64,000 nucleotides of DNA, from positions 124,001-188,000 of IMG/VR virus record IMGVR_UViG_3300028864_000016, one strand, 5' to 3'. Of this stretch, positions 10,005-19,736 are shown piece after piece; the first letter of the stretch is position 1, and each line of letters starts with the position of its first letter. The position numbers and the translations under genes are program-made. Below the pieces are notes generated by a model. The model was not told where the DNA came from. It saw only the letters and a list, made by a program, of their open reading frames with translations, and searched no databases.

Positions 10005-10594
10005 AATGATACCTCATCTTTTAGTTCTATTTGTAACTTCTTTTTAATTTGTTTTATTCTATAGCGAATGCATTCTCTAGTTTTATCATACATCCTTCCT
10101 ATTTCAGCGTAATTTAATCCTTTCATAAAGTGTAAATTAATCATATCTTGTTCTTGACTAGAAAAAGTTTTTAACACTTCTGATATTTTTTGATTAGTAA
10201 TATTTAATAATGCAGATTCTTCACAATTACAATTATCATCTTTAATTGTTTCAATCATTTGTAAGTCATCAGATTCATCAACTATACTATATATACTGCA
10301 AGTTTCAATATCTCCACCACGTTTTTGTCGTTTATCTCTTTTATATGTATCAAATATAATGTCTTTAATTACTTTTTTCGCATAAGGTACGAATGACATA
10401 TTCTGTGAAATGTCGTAATAATTATAAGCTTTAATTAACCCAATATATGCTATTTGAATCAAATCATCTTTTTCATAATGTGAACACCATTTAATTACAT
10501 CTTTTGTATGTGTCATTTTATCAAATTCTTTTACTACTTCATCTAATGTCATTTCTTTATTTATACCGTTTTTACATCTTATTAATTTTTTCAT
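9995..10594 (-). CDS. Sigma-70 family sigma factor (sporulation/SigH-like, regions 2 and 4)
   Basis: DDLIQIAYIGLIKAYNYYD..SFVPYA region 2; LNYAEIGRMYDKTRECIRYR region 4 HTH. Confidence 0.9.
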   Translation of the reverse strand: MKKLIRCKNGINKEMTLDEVVKEFDKMTHTKDVIKWCSHYEKDDLIQIAYIGLIKAYNYYDISQNMSFVPYAKKVIKDIIFDTYKRDKRQKRGGDIETCSIYSIVDESDDLQMIETIKDDNCNCEESALLNITNQKISEVLKTFSSQEQDMINLHFMKGLNYAEIGRMYDKTRECIRYRIKQIKKKLQIELKDEVSLCM

Positions 10595-10632
10595 TATTTA
10601 CTCTCCTTTTTTTATTTTAATTTGTTAATGTA

Positions 10633-10661
10633 ATAGTACTATATAATGGATATGTTGTCAA
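10633..10661 (-). promoter_or_regulatory. Sigma-A type promoter for the sigma-MCP-3D operon
   Basis: TTGACA-17nt-TACTAT, flanked on both sides by the repeated AYAAATTAA box. Confidence 0.85.
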
Positions 10662-10683
10662 TGTTTATTTATATTAATTTATT

Positions 10684-10950
10684 TTATTCTTCGTTATAAT
10701 CATATCTAACTTTATCAATTTCATAAACATCTTTATATTCAAATCTATATAAGTTATCATTCTGTATTAATTCTTCAAAATCAATAATTTCAATTCCATC
10801 TTGGTCAACTTTTTCTTTTAAAATCTCAAGAATTACATCTTCTAATAACTCTTTGTCCTCAATAATGCCTTCTTTAATTGTTATAATTGTATCTCCATTT
10901 AATTGAATATCTCCAATCCAGTATATAAACCTTACTATGTAATCAATCAT
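10684..10950 (-). CDS. Acidic hypothetical protein
   Basis: 88-aa ORF. Confidence 0.55.
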   Translation of the reverse strand: MIDYIVRFIYWIGDIQLNGDTIITIKEGIIEDKELLEDVILEILKEKVDQDGIEIIDFEELIQNDNLYRFEYKDVYEIDKVRYDYNEE

Positions 10951-11144
10951 TATTTATCATCTCCTTCTTTTGAATTACTTTTTATGTTTTCATAAATTGA
11001 TATACTTAAGAATAAAGCAACTATACTATCTATTCCGTTTGGATTTGCATTTCCATATGAGATCAACTCTGCAAATTGCCAACATATTGCTATTATCACA
11101 TATAAAAATATAAGACTTATTAAATAATCTAATCTTTTCCTCAT
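10950..11144 (-). CDS. Small two-TM membrane protein
   Basis: Two hydrophobic helices. Confidence 0.55.
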   Translation of the reverse strand: MRKRLDYLISLIFLYVIIAICWQFAELISYGNANPNGIDSIVALFLSISIYENIKSNSKEGDDK

Positions 11145-11243
11145 TATTATCTCTCCTTATATCTATTAATTTATTAAAACCTTATAAAATTTCTCCTTTA
11201 TTTAGATTTTGGATAATTTAAATTCATTTCACATTCAACTCCC

Positions 11244-11837
11244 TTATTTTAAATCTATATTTACATCTTTTATAATACTGTCTTTTGGTATATGGAATAT
11301 ATAATCTGTTTCTTTATCATTAATTTCACCCATAGAACCTTTAAATAAAAATTTGCCTATATTATTTAATTCGTAAGTATTTTTTTCGTGAGTAACTTCC
11401 ATTATGTTTTGATTATCTTCATAAAATCCTATGTGGTTCATATTCATATCTTTGGATTGAATTCTTATAATATTATTACCATCTTTATAAGCATATCTAA
11501 TGTTATATGTATCAGATTTTTCACTATTTACACTACCAAAGAATAAAAAGTAATTTCCATTAAGTTGTTCCTTTAATCCAGTATAATCATTCAAAGCTAC
11601 TAATTCAGTTTTAGTTGTATAGGTTTCTTTGGTTGAATAGTTGCAAACAATATATGTTACAATACATAATATTAAAGATATTACAAACAATCCTACTGCC
11701 ATCATTATAATGGTAATTATTGTTTCAGCTACATCGTTTATTTCTAAAAGGCTTCTTAAAGTCTTATTAAATATTAAAAGTAATCCTATTAATATTCCAA
11801 TTCCAATTGCTATAGTCCAAAAGTTATTTATTATCAT
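11244..11837 (-). CDS. Membrane protein, two N-terminal TM helices plus soluble domain
   Basis: Hydrophobic residues 5-65; GNYFLFFGSV motif. Confidence 0.7.
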   Translation of the reverse strand: MIINNFWTIAIGIGILIGLLLIFNKTLRSLLEINDVAETIITIIMMAVGLFVISLILCIVTYIVCNYSTKETYTTKTELVALNDYTGLKEQLNGNYFLFFGSVNSEKSDTYNIRYAYKDGNNIIRIQSKDMNMNHIGFYEDNQNIMEVTHEKNTYELNNIGKFLFKGSMGEINDKETDYIFHIPKDSIIKDVNIDLK

Positions 11838-11967
11838 TTTTAATCATTCCTTTCATTTCTATTAATTTATTAATATTATGTTAAAATGCGAATTTGAAAA
11901 GGTTATTATCCTATAATTATTCGCATTAGTAATATATAATCCCGTAAATTTTAACAATTTTAAAAGA

Positions 11968-12180
11968 TTACGAATTACATTGTTCGTGTTTTGTTATTCT
12001 AAAACATTCAAAATTATTACAAGCCATACCATCACAAGCATCGACTTCTGAATTATCTATATCACAAAGACCTTCTCCTGCAAATTTACCTTCTATGTTT
12101 TCATATTCATCTCTATAGTGCAAACAAAAATCACAAATTGAACCAATATCTTTACATTCCTGTGAACAAAATTTAGCCAT
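11968..12180 (-). CDS. Small Cys-rich hypothetical protein
   Basis: Eight Cys in 70 aa. Confidence 0.55.
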   Translation of the reverse strand: MAKFCSQECKDIGSICDFCLHYRDEYENIEGKFAGEGLCDIDNSEVDACDGMACNNFECFRITKHEQCNS

Positions 12181-12195
12181 TTAATTTATACCTTC

Positions 12196-12906
12196 CTATA
12201 ATTCTATTTTCAAAATTTCATAGCTTGTTCCAATTAAATTTAGTCCATTGATTAGATTGCTGAGAAATTCTCCATTTGAATAATCTTCTTTTTCAAAGTC
12301 ATCAACTATTTGAACACCATTTGCAAAAGTCTTAATATTATTCTTATGCTTTTCATATGTAAATATATCATTCTTTTTAACTCCATGTTCCATATTTGTT
12401 TCTTTAAATACTATTTCTATTTTCACAACTTCATTCCTCCTAAATAATTCTAACGCTTTTTCTAATTCATTTTTGGTAAATCCATAATAGTCATTACATT
12501 GAACTAATCTATATTCCAAGTCTTCCACATCATTATCATCATCTAAAATTACATAATTTATATCCATATTAGAAAACATATATAGCCACATTTCTATTTC
12601 TTCACCTCTAGTTTTTCTATCTAATATAGGTGTACATGAGAAGAATCTATTTTCCAACCCATATAATTTTAAATTGTTACAAATATCTTTTATGCCATTA
12701 TCAGTATTTCTCCATGATGAACTTATAACTATGTATGCATTAGTTTTGTCTATTAATTCTTTTAAATTTTTCATACAAATTGGATCAAAATTAAATTGAG
12801 CATTCCAGCTATCACATTCAAAACATTTAACTTGATAATCTTGAAATCTCCATGTATTAAGAACTCCATCAATATCTAAAAATATTATATTTGTTTTATT
12901 TTGCAT
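12196..12906 (-). CDS. HAD-superfamily phosphatase (Swiss-army-knife RNA-repair-like) with fused C-terminal ORF
   Basis: IIFLDIDGVLN, ISSSWR, RGEEI, YVILDDD. Confidence 0.85.
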   Translation of the reverse strand: MQNKTNIIFLDIDGVLNTWRFQDYQVKCFECDSWNAQFNFDPICMKNLKELIDKTNAYIVISSSWRNTDNGIKDICNNLKLYGLENRFFSCTPILDRKTRGEEIEMWLYMFSNMDINYVILDDDNDVEDLEYRLVQCNDYYGFTKNELEKALELFRRNEVVKIEIVFKETNMEHGVKKNDIFTYEKHKNNIKTFANGVQIVDDFEKEDYSNGEFLSNLINGLNLIGTSYEILKIEL

Positions 12907-13383
12907 AGTATCACCTACTTTCCTAGAATTATATTTAATTCTTCTTGAGTTAGTTTATCTTCACTTATATCATATGTGACATTTTCTTTTCCATATTGTT
13001 TTTGATAATTTATATAATTACTACCAAAGCCGATCTCACTCTGATTAGCCATCTTAAATTGTCCATTTACATAAATTTTATATACTTTATTATCTCTCAT
13101 TCTTTTCACCTCTTAATTTTTCAATTATCTTATTATTAAATTCTTCATTTTGCATTTTTATAGTTGATACATTACTATTTTCATTATGTAATAATTCTTG
13201 TGGAATGCCACATTTTTCTATTATTAAATTATTGACTTCATTAAACATATTTTCAAACATAGTATTAAAATTAATATTTGTAAATATTATAAAAACCTTC
13301 TTTCTATTAATTTGTTCAAAACCTATTAAAACAAGCTGTTTAACAACTCTCACGACTTCTACAATTACCTAGAATAGCCATTC

Positions 13384-13827
13384 TTAATTTTGTAAAAGTT
13401 CTGGATTCTGATAAATATTACCTAAAACTTTAAAATCTTGTCCTAATTCCCCAACTAAATCAGATAAACTTAAATAAAAACTATTTTCGTAATCATCTAT
13501 AAATATAGCAAATTCACATGTATAATAAATAACTGGTACTTTTATTGCTTCTACTTTTCCATTACCTATATTAAGGTTGAATTCTAATATATAACCTTCG
13601 TAAACTTCTTGTTCATTCTTATCATCTAACCCTGTATATTCTAAAAGTTCAACTTCTCCTTCAAAGAACTGAACTTCGTCAGTTAATTCAATTCCATCTA
13701 TGTATTTCCCATTAGGTATTATTACAGTAACTACTAATGGATTAAAATTAATTGACTTGACTTTAAATATACCAGTTCCATGTATAGGATTATTTATATA
13801 AGCTTTATATTTATATTCTCTACTCAT
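13384..13827 (-). CDS. YopX-family phage protein
   Basis: REYKYKAY, LLEYTGLDDKNEQEVYEGYI, VLGNIYQNPELL. Confidence 0.85.
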   Translation of the reverse strand: MSREYKYKAYINNPIHGTGIFKVKSINFNPLVVTVIIPNGKYIDGIELTDEVQFFEGEVELLEYTGLDDKNEQEVYEGYILEFNLNIGNGKVEAIKVPVIYYTCEFAIFIDDYENSFYLSLSDLVGELGQDFKVLGNIYQNPELLQN

Positions 13828-14330
13828 TATTCCTCAAACTCCTTTTTCATTTTTATATATTCAGCATATCTTTTTTCTTTCAATTTCCTTTCTTCATCTT
13901 TGACTTTCCATTTTTCAATATCTAATAATTTTTTTACATAGTTTTTATCTACCATATTATTATCTAATAATTCTTTTCTGAAATAACTATCATTAACTAA
14001 TTTTTTATCCATTTGTTCTTTGGTTAATGCAGTTACGCTAACATCATCATCGAAATATGCGTTCAATATTAAAGCATTTCCTTCTTCTGTTGCTATAATT
14101 GAATTTTCTAAATCACAACCATGACCTATATTACAACATTTAATAGTTTGTCCTATTAATTCATCACCATATTTGACTAAGTTAAAATCTTTATATGTAG
14201 TTTGAATGAATCCAAATTTTTCTTTAAGTAAATCATATATCTCTTTATCTATGTATTCTTTAATTTGTGGTAGTATATTTTGGTCTTGATATATTAATGC
14301 AAATTGTCCATTATCTAATGTTATAACCAT
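13827..14330 (-). CDS. Hypothetical protein
   Basis: 167-aa ORF, translationally coupled. Confidence 0.65.
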   Translation of the reverse strand: MVITLDNGQFALIYQDQNILPQIKEYIDKEIYDLLKEKFGFIQTTYKDFNLVKYGDELIGQTIKCCNIGHGCDLENSIIATEEGNALILNAYFDDDVSVTALTKEQMDKKLVNDSYFRKELLDNNMVDKNYVKKLLDIEKWKVKDEERKLKEKRYAEYIKMKKEFEE

Positions 14331-14711
14331 TTAATCATCACTCTCCTCTGATTTATTCCAGCTAATAGCTATTCCCATCATGCCTTTTTCAATCTTAAAT
14401 CCCTCTTTTTCTAGTTTGCTTTGATTATCTCGTATGCAATCATATAATTTAATATCTATTATATTATTTAGATAAAATGAAGTTTTCCCCAATCCAGCTT
14501 CTTCATTAATTTTATCTAATATTAATTGTGGTATTCCACAAGTTTTTTGATACATCTGTTCTGCTAAATTCATTTTTGTTATCTCAAAACATTTGTCTAT
14601 TTTATATTCCTTATATCCTTCTTCTAACATTTTAAGTTCAAATTCTTCTACTTCTGTTTTGTAATGCTTTTTTCTTAATGCAAAGAGTCTATCTAAATAT
14701 ACATCATTCAT
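14331..14711 (-). CDS. Hypothetical protein
   Basis: 126-aa ORF; shares CGIPQ motif with ORF 13090-13353. Confidence 0.6.
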   Translation of the reverse strand: MNDVYLDRLFALRKKHYKTEVEEFELKMLEEGYKEYKIDKCFEITKMNLAEQMYQKTCGIPQLILDKINEEAGLGKTSFYLNNIIDIKLYDCIRDNQSKLEKEGFKIEKGMMGIAISWNKSEESDD

Positions 14712-15008
14712 TATTTGTAATTCCTTTCTTTATTATATTAATTTATTATAATGCTTTAAAATCCAAGTTTTAAATACACTATAGTTTTTTAATTCCTAAT
14801 TCATTATCTTCTCTTATAAATTCAGCTTTACCACCTAATAATACTGCTCCTATATCTTGTTTGTTCGCTAACAAATTACTTATAGTATTTTCTATTCTGT
14901 TAATAACTACATTCTTTTCTTCATCATTAGTAAATCCAAAATTTAAACTTAAATTAAAGCCTATTATCTTATTATCCTCCATTTATAATCACTTCCTTTC
15001 ATAAACAT

Positions 15009-15037
15009 ATCTTACCATAGATTTCTAATTAATTCAA
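15009..15037 (-). promoter_or_regulatory. Sigma-A type promoter
   Basis: TTGAAT-17-TAAGAT with upstream AATAAATTAATAGAAA box. Confidence 0.6.
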
Positions 15038-15089
15038 TATGTTTCTATTAATTTATTAATTATCATAAGTTATCGCCTTTAAACGAGTG

Positions 15090-16352
15090 CTATTCCTCAA
15101 CTCCTAACTCTTTTCTTAATAAATTTCTAAATTTTTCAAATAAATCCCAAAATCTAATAACATCTTCAGTATACTTTGTTGTAGTACTAAAACTTTCATA
15201 AGGACACTCTATATTATTATCATAACAAACGTCATAAAATTCTCTACAAAGATATTCTTCAGATATATCATCCTCAAATTCTGCTAATGCATCCCATAGA
15301 TTTCTAGCTCGTTTTTTAGTTAAACTACCATCTCTTCTCCATTCTAAAATAGTTTCATTCCAATCTTTTATTGTAGCTTCAAAATCTATTATTTCATCTT
15401 TGTCCTTTGTAAGCTTATTTAAGATATATCCTTTGTTAAATCTCAATATATTATTCTTATGATTATCTGACCTGTCCCAATAATGCTGATAACAACCATA
15501 TTCAGTAACAGCTTTAAATAATCCAGTTCTACAATTAATTATAAATAAGTTATCTCCAATTCTATATTCTTGGTTATGATATTCTTTTCTTTTAGGATTC
15601 ATATATAACTTTTTCTTTTTGATTTTCTTTAATTGTTTTTTATCTTTGTCATTTAAATCAAATAAACTAAAACTAGCTTCATTATTATAATCAGAATCAT
15701 TTAATATTACCCACCACATATTATTAATATTGTGATAAACTTTACCTCTTTGCAAATAACCATCTCTTGTTCTAAAGTATTTAATTTCTCCATTATGTAT
15801 AATCTTATTGTCTCTATCTTTGTTATTATAACTTTCACAAGTAGTTCCATCTAAATCTGATAATTTAAAATTCATATCTTTAATGTCAGGATACCAATGT
15901 GCTTCAACAAATCTTGCCTTAATTTTATCTTTTGGTGTTATATAATTGTCTTTTGTTTCATCTTTAAAACCTAATTCTATTAATTTATTTTGTAACATCT
16001 TAATATACTTAATAAATTCTAACTTAGTTATATATGGCATCTTATCTAATCTATCAAAATCATATTGTCCTCTTTCAGTATCATAGAAAAATTTAATTTC
16101 AAATCCAGCAGGATATCTATGAGATTTAAAAGCTAGTTTATTCCTAACTCCTTCAAAATGATCTTTAGCAATACTTGAATATCTTTCTAATACTTCTTTA
16201 TCTGATCCTGTTGCAAATCCATATTCTTTCAATGTATCTAATAATATTCCTAATACTTTATAATGACTTTCATCGTTCCTTGAATCACTTCTATTGTAAA
16301 AGTATAAACTTGTGTTATAATCGCTTAATTTAAAACTATGTTTATTATTCAT
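15090..16352 (-). CDS. Large hypothetical phage protein
   Basis: 420-aa ORF, no motif recognised with certainty. Confidence 0.75.
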   Translation of the reverse strand: MNNKHSFKLSDYNTSLYFYNRSDSRNDESHYKVLGILLDTLKEYGFATGSDKEVLERYSSIAKDHFEGVRNKLAFKSHRYPAGFEIKFFYDTERGQYDFDRLDKMPYITKLEFIKYIKMLQNKLIELGFKDETKDNYITPKDKIKARFVEAHWYPDIKDMNFKLSDLDGTTCESYNNKDRDNKIIHNGEIKYFRTRDGYLQRGKVYHNINNMWWVILNDSDYNNEASFSLFDLNDKDKKQLKKIKKKKLYMNPKRKEYHNQEYRIGDNLFIINCRTGLFKAVTEYGCYQHYWDRSDNHKNNILRFNKGYILNKLTKDKDEIIDFEATIKDWNETILEWRRDGSLTKKRARNLWDALAEFEDDISEEYLCREFYDVCYDNNIECPYESFSTTTKYTEDVIRFWDLFEKFRNLLRKELGVEE

Positions 16353-16888
16353 ATTATTTTCCCTCCATTATAAATATTAACATTATCATTCCACGTAAAT
16401 ACATCTATAATTTTACTCTCACCATTACTAAATTTAACTCTCATTTGATTGAATTTAAAATCATAACCTTCATAAATTTCAATAGGTAAACCATACATTG
16501 TATTAGGATAATCTTTAAATTTAGTATTATCAATAGTAGGTATTTTCTCCAATAATACTTTTAAGGCAAATGTACCTATTTCTATTTTATTGGCTACTGG
16601 TGGTAATTGATTTAACTTTTCTGCCAATTTATCTAAATCATCTAATGTTATTGGTTTTGACATTGAAGTACAACTAGCAAACTTATCTTTTCCTGTAAGA
16701 ATTGCTTTTGATAATATATCTTTTATTTGTGATTCAGTTAATTCTTCAGATTCAGTATTAAAATAATAGTTAGGTTTATAACCTTTAAAGAAAGAATTAG
16801 TATATTCTTCATCATCGTCTAAAATATATTTATAAGCTTCTATTCTATCTTCTTTAGTTAATGCAATCTTATTTAAATCTTTATTCAT
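16349..16888 (-). CDS. Hypothetical protein
   Basis: 179-aa ORF. Confidence 0.65.
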   Translation of the reverse strand: MNKDLNKIALTKEDRIEAYKYILDDDEEYTNSFFKGYKPNYYFNTESEELTESQIKDILSKAILTGKDKFASCTSMSKPITLDDLDKLAEKLNQLPPVANKIEIGTFALKVLLEKIPTIDNTKFKDYPNTMYGLPIEIYEGYDFKFNQMRVKFSNGESKIIDVFTWNDNVNIYNGGKII

Positions 16889-16890
16889 TA

Positions 16891-17226
16891 TTATTTATCC
16901 TCCAACTTATGCCCACAGAATGGACAGTATTCAATTTTTATACCTTCACTTATTGGTGCTATAATTAATTCATTGTTATCTAATGTTATCATTTTTCTAA
17001 AGTAAGTTACGTCCAAATAATTATTCCATTTCATACTAATAGAAAATTCATTATTCTCATCAGCACAACCATAACAACCTTCACAATTACGATTATAATC
17101 TTTACTTCTTATCATGTCACATAAGTTATCCTCTGCATATGTAGTTCTAAATTGCAACTTCTTTTCTGTTTCCATTATTTCACAAAATTCACACATTATT
17201 TTACCAACTCCTTTATTTATTTGCAT
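16891..17226 (-). CDS. Cys-rich hypothetical protein
   Basis: CEFC, CEGCYGC, IEYCPFCG. Confidence 0.65.
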   Translation of the reverse strand: MQINKGVGKIMCEFCEIMETEKKLQFRTTYAEDNLCDMIRSKDYNRNCEGCYGCADENNEFSISMKWNNYLDVTYFRKMITLDNNELIIAPISEGIKIEYCPFCGHKLEDK

Positions 17227-17683
17227 TTTCTAAGTAAATTTAAATGACATAAATTCTTATAAGAATTATCATAACCAATTTTATTTTCTAAAGTTTCGGT
17301 TAATATTGATGTGCAACTATCTTCTTTCATTAATTCGCTCATGTATTTATTGATTATTTGATCAAGTAGATATTCGCCACAATTCTTATCTTCTTTCTTT
17401 TTAGACCTCAGCCATTCACAAGATAACTTTATCAAATCATTGTCTTCTTCTGAAATAGTAAAACCCATATTTATTCATCTCCTTCTATCAAATCTAATTC
17501 ATTATGATTAACTAACTCAAACCATCCACTACTATCAGCTATCATAACATCCCCACTAGGTGAAGTATTTTTGACTTGTGGAAAGTAATTTTTAATAGTT
17601 ACCATTTCGTCATCATATTTTACTTTTAATCCAATTTTAATATCTGACTTTTTCATATAATCATCTCCTTTTCAAATTGTCAT

Positions 17684-17947
17684 TTATGCTTTATAAAGTT
17701 TTAATCTTTGTGTCTGAGTCATTTTTAATAAATTATTAGCACATTTTAAAAATAATTCTTTATCTTCTTCTAATTTATATATTTCTCCAATACAATATTC
17801 GATATTGCTATTTTTCAAGTTCCCATTATCTAAAACAATATGTAATATTCCACCCACAGGATATTTCGCATATATTTTACGTTTTAATTGCAATGTTTCT
17901 TCATATAGCTGATGTTTTTCTTTTTGTTCTAAAATGTAATCTTCCAT
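17684..17947 (-). CDS. Hypothetical phage protein
   Basis: GGILHIVLDNGNL motif, RBS. Confidence 0.6.
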   Translation of the reverse strand: MEDYILEQKEKHQLYEETLQLKRKIYAKYPVGGILHIVLDNGNLKNSNIEYCIGEIYKLEEDKELFLKCANNLLKMTQTQRLKLYKA

Positions 17948-17981
17948 GTTAATTCGCTCCTTTTAATTTATATTTAATTCT

Positions 17982-18018
17982 ATTAATTTGTTAACTTCCA
18001 ATAAATTCATGTTTTTAA
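17982..18018 (-). repeat. Copy of the dispersed intergenic element
   Basis: attaatttgttaacttccaataaattcatgtttttaa; shares the ttaacttccaataaa core with the copy at 34125-34162. Confidence 0.8.
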
Positions 18019-18025
18019 GTGGTTA

Positions 18026-18406
18026 TTATTTTAACTCTTTAATAATATTATTATATAACTTTCTTTCCTTTTCACTCATATATGATTGAGCTATGTTAAA
18101 TAATTCTTTTATTAATGTATTTTTATCTTTTAAGTTTTCTTTCTTTTGCTTTAAACATTCTTGCATGAAATCATTAGCTTCTTTGCTATTTAAAAAATAA
18201 TTATTCTCATCAACATTACACTCTACTTTATCTATTTGATTTTTCCATAAACCATCTAATTGTTTTATGGAAAATACGTATGAATTTCTAGTCTTTATAT
18301 ATCGTGGTTTACTATTTATTTTATATTTTAGGTGCCAGTGATAATCACAAACTTCATGTATAAAATCTCCAATTTGTAATTGTTCTATTTCTGATTTATT
18401 CATCAT
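18026..18406 (-). CDS. Hypothetical protein
   Basis: 126-aa ORF with GGAGG RBS. Confidence 0.6.
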   Translation of the reverse strand: MMNKSEIEQLQIGDFIHEVCDYHWHLKYKINSKPRYIKTRNSYVFSIKQLDGLWKNQIDKVECNVDENNYFLNSKEANDFMQECLKQKKENLKDKNTLIKELFNIAQSYMSEKERKLYNNIIKELK

Positions 18407-18487
18407 AATTCTTTTCCTCCTTTAAATAAAAATTAGATACAAGATTTACTAACTTAAGTTAATTTATCCTGTATCTATATACTACTC

Positions 18488-19054
18488 TTATTCTGTTTTA
18501 AAGTCAACTATTTCTTTTAATTTGTTTCTAAGATAATAATAGAAAGTGTTATAAATATATTTTCCACTATGTTCTTTATCTGTAAAAAAGAATGGACAAT
18601 TATATTGTTCTTGAAACGAATGTAATGAACCAACAAAGGATTCTTTAGGAAAATCAGTTTTATATTTGCCATCACATATATTTGAGTAATTACTATCTTC
18701 TATTAATAACCTCAATACACCATTACTACGTTCGAACTCCCTTTTAAATCTTTCTCTTCCCTGTGTAAAATTACCACTAATTTCTTCAGCATTAGCTTTT
18801 CTTTCAATAGATATTTCGTCATTGAAGTATATGTTATCTAATATGCCTAAAGATTCATTTTTAAGTATCATAAATGAATAATCGCCATAATCCAATTTAT
18901 ATTCCATATAACCTATTTTATTTGATTTTAACCACATCTTAATATGAGAGTTAACACGTTCACGTGTATCTATTAATATAACAATACTATTTATAATTTG
19001 TTTTATTTGTTTATCAGTGTATTTTTCCATATATAACCTCCAGCACTTTTGCAT
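18488..19054 (-). CDS. ERCC4/XPF-like nuclease (possible junction resolvase)
   Basis: ILIDTRE, GDY, IERKAN, LLIE. Confidence 0.85.
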   Translation of the reverse strand: MQKCWRLYMEKYTDKQIKQIINSIVILIDTRERVNSHIKMWLKSNKIGYMEYKLDYGDYSFMILKNESLGILDNIYFNDEISIERKANAEEISGNFTQGRERFKREFERSNGVLRLLIEDSNYSNICDGKYKTDFPKESFVGSLHSFQEQYNCPFFFTDKEHSGKYIYNTFYYYLRNKLKEIVDFKTE

Positions 19055-19713
19055 TGTTTTCGTATATTTCTAGCAATATTCCCTCTATGTACACCCGTAT
19101 CTCTTTCTGCATCCATTATACTATTAAAGTCATTTACTAGATTGTATTCAAAATCATATTGATATACTTTTATTCTTTTATGCTTATTTTCTTCTTCTAA
19201 GTTATCTTCTTTTAATACTATACTAATATTTTCACGATTATATATTGTACTTTTTCTGTTGGTTTTTATATCTTTATCTATCTCGTATAGTTCTGGATTT
19301 TGTTTTAGTTTATCATAATTGGGTAAAGATTTAATATATTTTATATAATTAGAAAATATCAATAAATAATCTTCTACTGTATAACCTTTCTCTCCATAAC
19401 TTTTATATTGAACATGATTTTTATTATAACACCTTCCAATCATATTTATCCATCTCCAATATAGTAAATGCTTAGTTCCGTTATCTATATCCATAATAGC
19501 TATTCCATATATACTCTTTTTAGTATATATATCTATTATATTAGTTTGATTATGTATACTTCTAGTAGTAATTCTTCTTGTATATCCACTTTCAAATTTT
19601 ATAATTCTTCCACGGACATCATCTTCTACATATCCAATTATCTCAAATGTTTTTCCATCTTTGTTAATATACTTTTCTCCAATAGTCTTATTTATTTTAC
19701 TTCCCTTTTTCAT
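19003..19713 (-). CDS. HNH-variant homing endonuclease with NUMOD1 DNA-binding tail
   Basis: WINMIGRCY, EIDKDI..YNRENISIV..N, VYQYD..AERDTGVHRGNI..KSAGGYIWK. Confidence 0.75.
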   Translation of the reverse strand: MKKGSKINKTIGEKYINKDGKTFEIIGYVEDDVRGRIIKFESGYTRRITTRSIHNQTNIIDIYTKKSIYGIAIMDIDNGTKHLLYWRWINMIGRCYNKNHVQYKSYGEKGYTVEDYLLIFSNYIKYIKSLPNYDKLKQNPELYEIDKDIKTNRKSTIYNRENISIVLKEDNLEEENKHKRIKVYQYDFEYNLVNDFNSIMDAERDTGVHRGNIARNIRKQCKSAGGYIWKNTLINK

Positions 19714-19736
19714 TTAAATCTCCTTTATATACTCTA

